The position numbers and the translations under genes were made by a program. Below the pieces are notes generated by a model, which worked only from the letters and a program-made list of their open reading frames with translations, had not been told where the DNA came from and did not search any database. Shown here in pieces: positions 1-12,001 of a DNA stretch of 64,000 bases. Every line of letters begins with the position of its first letter. Within the stretch, counting starts at the first letter, position 1. This DNA comes from an uncultured Planctomycetota bacterium (GTDB lineage: Bacteria > Planctomycetota > Planctomycetia > Isosphaerales > Isosphaeraceae), in NCBI GenBank assembly GCA_963845755.1, contig CAWJTV010000036.1, positions 468,287 through 532,286 on the forward strand. The letters are read 5' to 3'.

Positions 1-1398
1 TCCACCACATGATCGACGTCCTTGTAGGCGGCCGGCTGCTCCTCGGCCAGACCCTTGTGGCCCCGGGCGCGAGCGATGATGCCGATGGCGTTGAGCTCCC
101 GATCAATCCGTCGGCCCGCCGCCAACTTGACTGCCGCGGTGCGGCTCATTAGCCGTCCGGCGCCGTGGCAGGTCGTGCCGAACGAGTGTTCCATACTGCC
201 GAGCTGGCCGACCAGCACCCAGCTCGCCGTGCCCATGCTCCCGGGGATGATGACCGGCTGACCGATGGACATGTACGGCGGCGGAATCTCGGGGTGGCCC
301 GGGGGGAATGCCCGCGTCGCCCCTTTGCGGTGCACGCAGACCTGCTTCGACACCCCGCGGCCGACGGTGTGCTCCTCGAACTTGGCGATGTTGTGCGCGA
401 CGTCGTAGACCAGTTCCATGCCCAGCTCGTCCCAGGACTTGCCGAAGACCCGGGCGAAGACCTCGCGCGCCTGGTGGGCCAGGAGCTGCCGGTTGCACCA
501 GGCGAAATTGGCCGCCGCGCGCATCGCGCCCAGGTACGACTGACCTTCGGGGCTCCGCACCGGCGCAGGCGAGCTGCCAGTCCGGCAGATCGAAGCCGTA
601 TCGCTTCGGGGCGTTCTTGAACGTCGCCAGATGATCATCGCAGACCTGGTATCCCAGCCCGCGCGAGCCGGAGTGGATCAATACGGTGATCTGGCCCTCG
701 CGCAGGCCCATCACCTCGGCCGCCACAGGGTCGTGGATGCGATCCACGACCTGGACCTCGAGGAAATGGTTGCCCGAGCCGAGCGTCCCGCACTGATCGT
801 AGCCGCGCGTGATGGCGCGATCGCTGACCCGCGACGGATCGGCCCCGTCGAGTCGTCCCCCGGCCTCGGTGAACTGGAGGTCGCGCTCGGTGCCATACCC
901 TTCGTTCACCACGTAGGCGGATCCCTGCTCCATCAGCCGCGTCAACTTGGGCTTGTCGAAGAGGTACTTCCCGCTCTGGCCAACGCCCGTTGGGATGTCG
1001 CGGAAGAGCTGTTCCACCAGCGGCCTGATGCGGTCTTTCGCCTCGCTCCATTGAAGCTCGGTGCGCAGCAACCGGACGCCGCAGTTGATGTCGTAGCCGA
1101 CGCCGCCGGGCGAGATGACTCCGCCTTCTTCGGGGTCGGTCGCCGCCACGCCGCCGATGCAGAATCCATATCCCCAGTGGATATCCGGCATGGCCAGGCT
1201 GGCCATCTGGATGCCAGGCAGCGTGGCCACGTTGGCCACCTGTTCGGGGCCCTGGTCCTTCTTGATCTGCTCGATCAGGGTCTCGTCGGCGAAGATGATG
1301 CCGTCGACCCGCATGTCCGGGCGGTAGCTCTTCGGGATTCGCCACTGATATGGGCCGATCGGCTCCAGCGGCCCGGTATATCCGCTCTTCTGGCTCAT
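1..1398 (-). CDS. rtcB: RtcB family RNA ligase (3' end runs off the window; one frameshift near 560)
   Basis: Motifs MPDIHWGYGFCIGGV, GGVGYDINCGVR, GTLGSGNHFLEVQ and HSGSRGLG. After a frame change near 560 it continues YLGAMRAAANFAWCNRQ...HRKGATR...TTCHGAGR...LAEEQPAAYKDVDHVV. Confidence 0.95.
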
Positions 1399-1447
1399 CG
1401 TCTTCGGCTCCTGACCTTGGTCCGGCACGCATCACGCCGGCAAGAGC

Positions 1448-1506
1448 GTAGGTCAGGCTTTCCAGCCTGACGTCTCCGGAGAGTCAGGCTGGAAAGCCTG
1501 ACCTAC
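1448..1506. repeat. GTAG-type REP-like palindrome
   Basis: gtaggtcaggctttccagcctgac ... gtcaggctggaaagcctgacctac: perfect 24-bp inverted repeat, with an inner tctccggaga that is also palindromic. Confidence 0.85.
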
Positions 1507-1688
1507 GCGAGGCTCTGTGTTGCCGGGATCGTCGTCGTTGCGGTTTCCTCCCATCATAACCAGAGCGCGACACCAAAGCGCGGGTACGGGTTCACCGATC
1601 AAGGGCCGGTCCTTGCCGGGTCCTGGAGGAGCCTCTATCATGCAAGGATCGGGGAAACCATCCGAGTCTTTTCGGAAGGAGCAATATC

Positions 1689-2126
1689 ATGCCAGCCCGA
1701 GGAGCCAACGGAGTGGGACGATTCCACGTCGAGATCGAGGTTGCCAACTACGGAGACCTCATCCGGGCTCAAGACGGCACCCGGCCGCCGGACCAGGTTC
1801 GCCGTGAAAAGATCCAGGGCATGGTCGACACGGGGGCGACGCAGTTGGTGCTGCCCGAGGCCGTCGTGAAACGGCTGGGTCTCCCGTTGGGCAGCTCGGT
1901 CAATGTGCGGTATGCCGACGGCCGCAAGGCCCGTCGCCGAAGAGTCAATGGGGTCTCCGTCCAGCTCCTGGGACGCGATGGCGTGTTCACGGCCATCTGC
2001 GAGCCGAAACGCGAGACGGCCCTCGTGGGAGCGATCGTGCTCGAAGACCTCGACCTGCTGGTCAACTGCGTGGCCCAGCAAGTCGTCCCCCGCGATCCCA
2101 GCGGTGCGACTTACGAGATTGAATGA
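1689..2126 (+). CDS. Clan AA (retropepsin-like) aspartic protease
   Basis: 145 aa with MVDTGATQLVLP catalytic motif and C-terminal ALVGAIVLEDLDL. RBS aaggag lies upstream. Confidence 0.8.
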   Translation: MPARGANGVGRFHVEIEVANYGDLIRAQDGTRPPDQVRREKIQGMVDTGATQLVLPEAVVKRLGLPLGSSVNVRYADGRKARRRRVNGVSVQLLGRDGVFTAICEPKRETALVGAIVLEDLDLLVNCVAQQVVPRDPSGATYEIE

Positions 2127-2131
2127 TCGAT

Positions 2132-4919
2132 TCAACCGGTCGGCGCGACGTTTCTCAGCGCCTGGGCCAGGACCAATCCGGTCGGCGTCGCGGTCCGGGC
2201 GACGTCTTCCGGCGTCCCCGTCGCGACGACCCGGCCGCCATCCGCTCCCGAGCCGGGGCCGAGGTCGATGATCCAATCCGCGGAGAGCATGACCGCCGGG
2301 CTGTGCGTGATCGCGATCACCGAATGGCCGCGATCGACCAGGGCGTTCAGCGCCTCGAGTAGTTTCAGGACGTCGAGGGGATGAAGGCCGGCGGTCGGCT
2401 CGTCGAGGAGGAACAGGGTGTGCGGGGCCGCAGCGGCGCGGCGGAGCGCGGCCAGCGATCGGCCCAGGAAGCTCGCCAGTTTCAGCCGCTGTGCCTCGCC
2501 TCCCGAGAGCGTCGAGGCCGGCTGGCCCAGCTTCAGGTAGTCGAGGCCGATGTCGAGCAACGGACGGAGCCTCGATTGGATCCTCGGCCGGTGTCGGAAG
2601 AATCCAAAAGCCTCCCGCGCCGTGAGGTCGAGGACCTCGGCAATGTTCCGGCCGCGGTAGGTAACCTCCAGCACTTCGGGTCGATAGCGCGTGCCCCGAC
2701 ATTCGGGGCATCGGATCATCACATCGGGGAGGAATTGCATATCGATGGTCTGGAATCCGCCCCCCTGGCAGGCATTGCAGCGGCCCCCTTCGACGTTGAA
2801 ACTAAACTTCCCCGCGTCGTAGTTCCGCAGCCTGGCTTCGTGGGTCGCGGCGAAGGTCTTGCGGATCTCGTCGAAGATCTTGAGGGACGTCACCGGGTTC
2901 GACCGGGCGGACCGTGACAGCGGCGATTGATCCAGGAAGACGGCTTCGGCGAGATGATCGATTCCCGTCAGGTCATCGAATCCCCCGGCGATCGCGGCCT
3001 CGCCGGCAAGCCGGTATCGGAGGGCCGGGTACAGCGTCTCCGCGACGAGAGTGCTCTTGCCCGCCCCGCTGACGCCCGTCACGGCGCCGAGGACTCCCAG
3101 CGGGAAAGTCACGTCGATCGACTTGAGGTTGTTGCCGCGGGCACCGGTCAGCGTGACCGCTCGTCCTGTGACCGGACGCCGGGACGCGGGGATGAGCGCA
3201 CGCCGCCGACCGCTCAGGAAGTCGGCCGTCGCCGATCCCTCCGCATTGGCGAAGTCCGCGATCGGCCCGGAGAAGAGCAGACGGCCGCCGGCCTCGCCGG
3301 CGCCGGGGCCCAGGTCAACCACATGATCCGATGCGCGGATCACCGCGGCATCGTGCTCGACGACCACCAGGGTATTGCCGCGGTCGCGGAGGCGCCCGAG
3401 GGCCGACGTCAGCCGGCCGACTTCATGCGGGTGAAGGCCGATCGTGGGCTCGTCGAGCATGTAGAGCGTGTTGACCAGTCCCGAGCCCAGCGCCTTGGTC
3501 AGGACGACCCGCTGGAGCTCGCCCCCCGACAGGCTGCGTGCCGCGCGGTCGAGGGTCAGGTAATCCAGCCCGATCTCGGCGAGGTAGGCCAGGCGGTTCT
3601 CCACCTGGGCGAGGAGTGTGGCGGCTACCGGCTGGTGGCGGAGCGCATCGAGTCCGGACAGGAAGGTTCGGGCTTCGCGGATCGTCAGCGCCGAGAGCTC
3701 GGCGATATTTCGCCCCGCGATCCGGACGGCCAGCGCTTCGGGACGCAGCCGCGCCCCATGGCATGCCGGACAGCTCTGGTAGCGCCTCCACCGGCCGAGG
3801 AAGACCCGGACGTGCGGTTTGAACGCCTGACGCTCGAGCGCGCGAACGAAGCCCTTCAGGCCCGCGAACCCCGATTCCGGGACGCCTTCGACGAGCCGCC
3901 GGACCTTTTCGGCGCCAGTTCTCGAAACGGGACGTCGACCGGGATGTCGATCTGGGAAGCGGCATCGAGCAATTCCTGGAGATAGCCCCGATAGCCGGCC
4001 GAGGTCCAGGGCGCGATCGCGCCTTCGCGGATCGTCCGGGAATCGTCGGGGACGATGCGAGCCAGGTCGAGCTCGGTCGTCTGGCCCACTCCTTCACAGA
4101 TGCGGCATGCTCCCAGGGGGCCGTTGAACCGGAACAGGTTTGGTTGCGGTTCGAGGTGGTCGGTCCCGCATCGGCTGCATCGCCAGCCCCGGACGTAGGT
4201 CCACGACGCGGGATCGGCCAGGATCCGGCAACGGCCCAGCCCCTTGACGAAGGCCGATTCGATCGAATCGGTCCGGCGCCCGGGGGATCCTTGCCCCGAA
4301 CCAGCCGATCCACGATCACATCGACCGACGCGACGCCAGGGAGCGTCACGCCCGGCTCATCGAGCCGGATGACCTGCCCGGCCGAGGCGATGCGCGCGAA
4401 CCCCTCGGCGCAGAGCGAATTCACGAGCGCCGGTCGATCGGTCTCCGGGCGAAGATCGAGCGGGAAGGCGATCTCGTAACGGGTCCCATCCGGGAGCGAG
4501 TCGATGGCCCGCGAGACGGTCCCGGGCGTGGCAGGACTCACCGGCTCGCCACATTGGCGGCAGGACACGGCCCCGGCGCGCGCGTAGAGGAGCCCGAGCG
4601 CGTCATGGACCTCAGTGATCGTGCCCACCGTGCTGCGGCCCGAGTGCCGGCCATGCGCCGGGACGACCGCGATGGCCGGAGGAATCCCCTCGATCCGGTC
4701 TGCATCGGGTTTGTCCAGCTTCTCGAGGAATTGTCGCGTGTACGCCGAAAAGGTCTCGACGTAGCGGCGCTGGCCCTCCGCGTAGATCGTGTCGAACGCC
4801 AGCGAGCTCTTGCCCGAGCCGCTGACGCCCGTCACGGCGATCCAGCGATTCAGGGGCAGATCGAGGTCAATCCCCTTGAGGTTGTGGGTGCGAACGCCTG
4901 TCAGTCTCATGGTGTTCAT
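2132..4919 (-). CDS. uvrA: Excinuclease ABC subunit UvrA paralog (frameshifts near 4280 and 3900)
   Basis: [53 protein letters not shown], a second Walker [12 protein letters not shown], CxxC zinc fingers and [12 protein letters not shown]. Confidence 0.93.
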
Positions 4920-5077
4920 AGTAGTCAGGGCGTAGTAGTCAGTAGTCAGTAGTCAGAAAAGGCAAAGTCTGACGACGATGGACTTCTCGGATGGAAGGTT
5001 GGAGGGTTCACTTGAGTCCTTCTACCGAGTGCTAACAACCAACTACTGATCACTGACTACTGACCACTGACTACTGA
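4919..5077. repeat. Inverted heptamer tandem arrays (CAGTAGT)n ... (ACTACTG)n
   Basis: gtagtagtcagtagtcagtagtcag at about 4932-4956 and actactgatcactgactactgaccactgactactg at about 5042-5076. Confidence 0.75.
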
Positions 5078-5083
5078 AAAAAA

Positions 5084-6926
5084 TCACGGCCCCGAGCGCC
5101 TCAGGGTGAAGCCGGTCATGAGGAAACCATCATCATCCATCTGGCTGTAGCCGCCGGTTGCGCCCAGGTACTTGGCCACGACGGAGAAATCGGGGAGCTT
5201 CTCGGTGGCAATGATCTTTCCGATGGGGGGGATTTGCTCTTGCCGCGGCCCGCGGGGCCCGCCCATGGCCTGGCCGATGGCCTTGTCGATCTGGCCGGTC
5301 TTGACGAGCTCATAGGTAAGGCGGGCCGACTCGTCGCGCCGGACGTACGACATCGCGCTGACGCGTTCGGGGATCTCCTTGACGATCGATTGGAAGCTGG
5401 CGTTATCGCTCAGGCTCGCGTTGCCCGGCCGGAGTATCTGCTCCAGCAAGGTCGTATCGCTGGTCACGAAGAACGTGTCCTTGGCGATGGCGAAACTGAT
5501 CGATCGGAGCGGCATGTTGCCACCGTTGGGCTGGGGGAGGTTCGGCATATCGACGTCGTAGATCGTGGTGCCCTGGAACTCCCGTTTCCGGGGTGCGGCC
5601 TGAACGATCTCGAAGATGCGGTTCAGCGTGTTCTGGAACGTACGGGTATCGTCCAGGGCGACGCCCAGGAGCATGCGCTGGCTGTCCTCCTTGATCGGCT
5701 TCTTGAAGTCGGTGACCAGGGTAATCCGATTGCCGAGCGGCCCGAATAAGTCCTTCTGGAAACTGAGCGGTTGGCCGCCGTTGGGGCCGACCAACTGCTG
5801 CTCGAGGATGTTGAGCATGCCGAGCTGGAAGTTGTTGACGACCTCGTTGATCGCCTCGTAGGCGTTGTCGAGGTCCCAGCTCATGGTCTGGTAGGAGGCG
5901 ACGGTCGCGGGGACCCACGACTCGGGCCGCAGGCCCGCCGGCGGGAACGAGAAGATCTTGAGCAGGCCCTGGACCGGCTTGGGCGCGAGGAACAAGGTCT
6001 TGCTCAGGCTGTCGTAGTTTCCGGTCCCGAGGGTGAAGCAGCCGCCGGCCGACTTGAGGCCCTTGAGGCCCAGGGTCTCGACCAGGACCTCGCTCTGCTG
6101 GGCCTGGCCGTCGTTCCCCCGCGCCGGCCTTGATCACCAACTGGACGAGCTTGGCGAAGTCGAGGAACCAGATCACCTGGGCCTTGGCGGAATCGGTCCG
6201 GGCCTGCGTCTTGGCGAAGGACTCGTTGGCGGCCAGTGCGTTGTCGCGCCCTTCGCGATGGGCGGTCAGGTCCTTGACGACCTCGACGTCGCTGCCGAAG
6301 AAGAAGACGCCCTCGGCCTGGGTCCAGACCACCGGGGGAGTCGGCGTGGACTTGTCCTCATCCTTCTCCTTTTCCTTCTCCTTTGGTTTTTCCTCGTCCT
6401 TCGGGGAGAGGTGGACGACGTGTAGTGTCAGGCCGTTGAAGGTTTCCTGGGAGACCTTGGCCCCGGCATCCTCGGCCTGTTTGGTCGCGCGGGTCAAGAC
6501 ATCGGCCATCTTCTCCTTGTTCTCACCGGCGTCGGCCAGGACCGCGATGGCGACGGGCAGCTTGGGATCGTCGCGGGTCACGGCGGCGATGGCCAACGAG
6601 CCTTGAGGCAGCTCCAGGAGCTCCTTCAGGGACAGGCCCACCCTCTCCTTGAGGACCTTGGTCGCATCGTCGATCTTCTGGACCAGATCGTCCTTGAAGT
6701 CCTTCATGGCCGGATCGTTCCAGAGCTGCCCGTAGTGGCTGGCGCGGAACGATTCGCGGAAGTTCTTGACGTCGTTCAACTTGAGCAAGAAGACGGTGGA
6801 ATCGGGGAGGACGCGTTCCGGGGGTGCGGCCGCGTGTGCCGGCGACAGGGGCAGGACCGCCCCGCCGAAGAGTGCCAGCCATCCGATCAGGGCCAAGCGA
6901 CGAATCGCCCGCTTCGCCGTATCCAT
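5084..6926 (-). CDS. Secreted planctomycete protein, DUF3352-like (frameshift near 6120)
   Basis: Signal peptide (LALIGWLALFGG..AHAAA), then PERVLPDST..GQLWNDPAM. Joins ORF 5084..5995 containing PESWVPATVASY and KREFQGTTIY. Confidence 0.65.
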
Positions 6927-7014
6927 CAGAAAACACTCCATTGGTTCGAGGCACCCTCGGCTCACCGGCGGAGGGACGGATTGAGCTGGCCGCCGACACC
7001 CGGGCCGGGGCCTA

Positions 7015-8186
7015 TCAGTTGACACCAAGCTCCAAGCCTGGGTCCTCGCCGACGGTGACCGGCGTGACTTCCGATCCCTCATTCATTCCGATCCGAGATT
7101 CTGTGTCGAAGCGAGGTCCGAGACCGCTATCGGGTCTCCTCGTTTCGGCCGTCCTTCCGGGACGGCGTTCCGGCGGGCTTCGCCGCGCCTGGGTGCGGCC
7201 GGGGTGGTCCTTCAGTCCCTCGGGCTGGCTGGCGATGAGCCGGCGCGGCGGATCGACATAACGATAACCGGTGTTGGGATTGGCCTTGTCGAAGGAGAAC
7301 GCCTCGCGATGATGGAGGAATTGCTTGACGTAAGTGACCGGGATCGCGAAGCCCAGATTATCGGCCATGGCGGCATGAGCCCCGCGGCTGTTGACCCCGA
7401 TGACCTCGCCGCGCTGGTTGAACAGCGGGCCGCCCGAATTCCCAGGGTTGATCGCCGCGTCGGTCTGGAGAAAGATCTGGCCCTCGATATCCCGGCTCCG
7501 ATTGCTCACGATTCCCTGGGTTACCGTGCGCTCCAGACCCAGCGGGTTGCCGACCGCGAAGACCAGATCGCCCGGGTTGATATCCTCACCAGTACCCAGG
7601 ACGACATGGCTAGGTTTCACTCCCGCCGGCAGCGGGAGCTTGAGCAGGGCCAGGTCGAAGAACGGGTTCAAGGCGACGATCTCGACGTCCTCGATCCGCC
7701 GGCGCACCAGACCCCCCGGAGCGTTCATGTACAGGATCGCCGAGACCCGGGTCTCCCCCTGGATGACGTGGGCGTTGGTGATCGCAAATCCGTCGTTGTT
7801 GATGAGGAAGCCGGAGCCCTTGCCGGAAGGCGTCTCGATCGAGATCACCGCCTCGCCGTACTGGTTGACCAGCTCCTTGACTCCCGAGGCCTTCAGGACT
7901 CCGGTGGTATAAAAGCCGGAGTTGTCGAGCTCGGCGGCGCGCACGGTCCTCGGGGTGCCGAATCCGCCTCCTCAACCTTGGCCCGGCGGAGTACCTGATC
8001 GCGCGGAATCCGCAGCAAATCGTAGCCCAGGTCCACGTACAAGGCGGTCGCCTTCTCGGCGACGACCTCGCCGGTGACGCGCTGACCGTCCTTGAGAAAC
8101 ACCGTCTCAAAACCCGCCGCCACCGCCATCCGGCACGTCAGTAGGCCCAAGACGCCTATCGCCGCAACGTTGCAAACTAAACGCAC
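7015..8186 (-). CDS. Trypsin-like S1C serine protease without PDZ domain (frameshift near 7940; start approximate)
   Basis: GSGFLI, ITNAHVI, FDLALLK, VGNPLGLERTVTQGIVS and QTDAAINPGNSGGPL. An N-terminal signal and a 'TVFLKDGQRVTGEV' domain lie in another frame. Confidence 0.88.
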
Positions 8187-8482
8187 GTACAAGTCCGTCC
8201 CTCCGGCTCTGGCGAGTCCCGTCCTCTGGCTTCTTTGGTAAAATCTCCTCCATTGTAAAAACCGTTTCATTCCTTTCAACCCTGGCTGTCACGTTCTCAC
8301 CACCACTCCGCCCGGCTGGCCCAATTTGTTGATCGCCTCGCGAGGGATTACCGAGGTAAAATGGATTGGGTGATGGACTCAGAGGTCGTCGAGAATTCCT
8401 CCCGGCCCCGCGCAGAGAGTTGCTGGAACCGATTCTCGGCTTGACGATTCCGGTGAATCCCGGCTACTTATGGAAGAACAGA

Positions 8483-8614
8483 GAGGGTGTGAAAGAACTC
8501 GGATCGAAGATTCCAAATTCAAAGTTCAATAATCGTAGAGTTCGATGCAGGCTTGGCTTACATCCATTATTGAATCTTGAATCTGTGATTCCGATTCGAT
8601 TGTTTCACAGCCTC
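8483..8614. mobile_element. About 130-bp AT-rich MITE-like element with inverted ends (copy 1)
   Basis: Ends gagggtgtgaaagaa / ttgtttcacagcctc are near-complementary. Inner arms gattccaaattcaa / ttgaatcttgaatc. A related copy lies at 52323-52451. Confidence 0.6.
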
Positions 8615-8714
8615 GGAGCCGAACTCGTTCGTCACCTCTTCTCACTTTCGGCTTCTCGGCTCATCGTCCGACCAGCCAACTCATTCGCTCACCCAAGCTT
8701 GGGGAGATGTTCTC

Positions 8715-9522
8715 GTGTCCAGTTCTAACTGGCGAGTGGGCTATTGGCCCACCACAATTTTGTCTCGAATGGTGTTTTCCACCGTCGTGGGTCTCGTCCT
8801 GACGGCGAATGTGTGCATGGCGCAAGGAGGCTCCAAACAAATACGCCAAGCCGGAGGATGCGGATCGGCCGAAGCCGGTCCCGGAATTCAAGCTCGAACG
8901 GACCTTGCCCACAGTCCCGGTGGCCCACGACCGTCCCACGTTCAATGTGCAAATGGTCAATGCGTCGCTGCTGCCCAGGGACAAGCAAGGGATCTGGGTG
9001 CTGGATTTCGCGTACAAGCCGCTCCGAATCATCACGGTCAACATCCCGGGCAAAGGGCGTCGCCAGGTCCATTACCTGTACTACAAGGTGGTCAACCGCA
9101 CGGGCAAGCCACAGATGTTCGTGCCGCAGTTCATCATGGTGAACGCGAAGGGCCAGAAGTTCGAAGACAACGTCGTTTCCCAGGCCATACCCCTGATCCG
9201 GGCCCGCGAGGATGAGGCGGTCCCCGTGCTCGGCGCCGTCAACATCGTCGGCACGATCCCTCCGAGTACCAAAGCCAATATCGATGATGCCGTCTTCGGG
9301 GTCGCGGTCTGGGAAAAATGGGACCGCAAGGCCGATCGGTTCAGCATCTATGTGCGCGGCCTCTCCGACGGGTACAAGGAAGTCCCCTCGGAAAGCGGTG
9401 GCAAGCCGGTCGCCCAGTACAAGACCTTGAAGATCGATTTCATTCGCCGCGGCGATGAGTTCAACCTCAGCGAACACGAAATCGAACTGGACAACCCGCC
9501 TCATGAGTGGGTGTATTGGTGA
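8715..9522 (+). CDS. Hypothetical secreted protein (frameshift near 8820)
   Basis: Signal-like MVFSTVVGLVLTANVCMAQ in one frame joins a 237-aa ORF with typical high-GC codon use (WVLDFAYKPLRII..HYLYYKVVN..FSIYVRGLS..EWVYW). Confidence 0.7.
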
Positions 9523-9535
9523 ACTTCCTCATCGA

Positions 9536-10239
9536 TCATGGCTGATGACCCGAGTAGCGGATGGGATCCGCGAGCCCGAGTCGTTCGAACGCGGCGAGGC
9601 GAATCCGGCAGGCGTCGCAACGGCCGCAGGAACGTCCATCGGGGCTCGGGTCGTAGCAACTGTGGGTCAAGCCATAATCGACGCCCAAGGCGCGGCCGCG
9701 CTCGATGATCTGTTCCTTGGTGAGCGTCAACAGGGGCGCGTGGATGCGGAAACGCCCCGCGCCCTCGACGCCCGCCCGGGTGGCCAGGTTCGCGAGGGCC
9801 TCGAACGCCCGGAGGAAGTCGGGGCGACAGTCCGGATAACCCGAATAATCAACGCAGTTGACCCCGATGAAGATATCGAAGGCCGCGAGTGTCTCGGCCC
9901 AGGCCAGGGCCATTGAGAGGAAGACCGTGTTTCGAGCGGGCACATAGGTGATCGGAATGCCTTGCCCGATCGTCTCCTCGGAACGGTCCTTGGGGACGTC
10001 CAGGGAAGACGTCAGGGCGCTGCCGCCGAAGCTGCGGAGGTCGATCTCGAGTTCGACATGGCGCACCACCCCCAGCGCCGCGCGACCCGGCGCACGGCCT
10101 CGACCTCGACGGCGTGGCGCTGGCCATATCGGACGGTCAGGGCGTTGAGCGCATAGCCCGCGGCCCTGGCCTCCGCCAGCGCCGTGGCGCTATCCAGCCC
10201 CCCGCTCAGGAGGACGACGGCCGGGGCCGTTTCCTTCAT
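9536..10239 (-). CDS. queC: 7-cyano-7-deazaguanine synthase (frameshift near 10078)
   Basis: [37 protein letters not shown] and SCYDP..CGRCDAC. Confidence 0.95.
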
Positions 10240-10457
10240 CGTTCGTCCTTCTGGCATCAGCCGGGATCGATCGACACGATTGGCGTTCCCGTCTCCGCGA
10301 TGGAACCGGTCTTGCCGAAGCTTCCGAAGTTCCGCTATCCTCGTCAATTAGACCAGAATTGACAACCTGTCGCGCACCCGGAGCGAGTCCCACTCGGATC
10401 CTCGCCGCGAACCGGCCCGCTGGACTTTCTCTTTCGCAGGCATCAGGACCGAGATTC

Positions 10458-10715
10458 ATGGCTCACAAAAAGGGACAAGGCTCGAGCCGCAACGGGCGCG
10501 ACTCGAACCCAAAGATGTTGGGAATCAAGCTTTACGGCGGGCAGACGGCCAAGCCGGGCAGCATCCTCTGCCGGCAGAACGGGACCAAATGGCACCCGGG
10601 CAAGAACGTCGGGGTCGGCCGCGACTGGACCATCTTCTCGCTGATCGACGGGACCGTCACGTTCGATCAGGGCGGACGGCGGATCAACGTCCTGCCTTTG
10701 ACAAGTGGCAAGTGA
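10458..10715 (+). CDS. rpmA: 50S ribosomal protein L27
   Basis: [24 protein letters not shown]...[27 protein letters not shown]. Confidence 0.98.
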   Translation: MAHKKGQGSSRNGRDSNPKMLGIKLYGGQTAKPGSILCRQNGTKWHPGKNVGVGRDWTIFSLIDGTVTFDQGGRRINVLPLTSGK

Positions 10716-10876
10716 CAAGTGATAAGTGGCAAGTGGCAAGGAGAATGCAGCCAGGCTCGCTACTCCGAGGGTTGGTCCGAATCCTCTTCTCATCGTGTCG
10801 TCTTTGAGCAAGGATTAACCATCTTGCCATCGTTCCCCTCCGAACATTTGTCACTTGCCACCTGCCACTGGCCACT
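10701..10876. repeat. Inverted heptamer arrays (CAAGTGR)n ... (YCACTTG)n between rpmA and obgE
   Basis: caagtggcaagtgacaagtgataagtggcaagtggcaag at 10702-10740 and ttgtcacttgccacctgccactggccact at about 10848-10876. Confidence 0.75.
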
Positions 10877-11998
10877 ATGTTTGTCGACCGCGTGACCATC
10901 TATGTCTGTGGGGGGGCCGGGGGCGACGGCTGCATGAGCTTCCGGCGCGAGAAGTATGCACCCCGGGGCGGGCCCAACGGCGGCGATGGGGGACGGGGCG
11001 GTCATGTGGTGATCCGGGCGACCGAGGGTCATACCAACCTCGCGCACCTCTCTCATCAGCGGCACTGGCGGGCGCCTCGCGGTCAGCACGGCGAGGGTTC
11101 CGATCGGTTCGGGCGCGGGGGCGAGGATCTCGTGATCGAGGTCCCGCGCGGGACCCTGATCCGCGATCGCGACCGCGGTCACGTGATCCGCGACCTCAAG
11201 GCACCCGGCGACGAGGTGATCGTGGGCCGGGGCGGACGCGGAGGCCACGGCAACACTCACTTCAAGTCGTCGACGAACCGGGCTCCCCGGCAGCGCGAGA
11301 AGGGACACCCGGGGGAAGACCTCTGGATCGTCCTGGAATTGAAGGTCATCGCCGACGTCGGCTTGATCGGACTGCCCAACGCGGGCAAGTCCACGCTGCT
11401 GTCCCGGATCTCCCGCGCTCATCCCGAGATTGCCGACTATCCGTTCACCACCAAATACCCCAACCTGGGGACCGTCGTCGCCGAGGACCAGACTTTTGTC
11501 GCGGCCGATATTCCCGGCCTGATCGAGGGGGCACACTCCGGCCACGGACTGGGCCACGAGTTCCTCCGTCACGTTGAGCGGACCTCGCTCCTGGTCCATC
11601 TCGTCGAGGCGGTGCCGCTGGATGGTTCCGACCCGATCCAGAATTATCGGACCATCCGGAACGAGCTGGGTCAGTACAGCCGGACCCTGGCCGAGCGGCC
11701 CGAGTTGCTGGTCGTCACCAAGATGGACGTGACCGGCGCCGAGGACTCGCGACAGAGGTTGGAGCGCGAGCTGAACCGGGACGTTCCAGGGATCTCCGCG
11801 GTCACCGGGCGGGGGATCCCTCAGCTTCTTCATCGGATCGTCGAGATGCTGGGCGAGCACCGGGGATCGCAGGATGAGTCGAGGCCCTCGCGTGCGGAGG
11901 GCGAACCGGGCCAACCCGCGAGGTCGTCGGCGGAGGCGCACCGGAGTGCGGCGGGAGTCGCGGGCGTGCCGGTCCTTGACTCGGTCACAGGCGGCTAG
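10877..11998 (+). CDS. obgE: GTPase ObgE/CgtA
   Basis: MFVDRV..GGDGCMSFRREK..GGPNGGDGGRGG, GLPNAGKSTLL, ADYPFTT, DIPGLIEGA and TKMD. Follows rpmA. Confidence 0.97.
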   Translation: MFVDRVTIYVCGGAGGDGCMSFRREKYAPRGGPNGGDGGRGGHVVIRATEGHTNLAHLSHQRHWRAPRGQHGEGSDRFGRGGEDLVIEVPRGTLIRDRDRGHVIRDLKAPGDEVIVGRGGRGGHGNTHFKSSTNRAPRQREKGHPGEDLWIVLELKVIADVGLIGLPNAGKSTLLSRISRAHPEIADYPFTTKYPNLGTVVAEDQTFVAADIPGLIEGAHSGHGLGHEFLRHVERTSLLVHLVEAVPLDGSDPIQNYRTIRNELGQYSRTLAERPELLVVTKMDVTGAEDSRQRLERELNRDVPGISAVTGRGIPQLLHRIVEMLGEHRGSQDESRPSRAEGEPGQPARSSAEAHRSAAGVAGVPVLDSVTGG

Positions 11999-12001
11999 CC
12001 C

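Noticed and set aside
10240..10440. preQ1 riboswitch upstream of queC
   Set aside because: No characteristic hairpin plus A-rich tail is visible on the minus strand.
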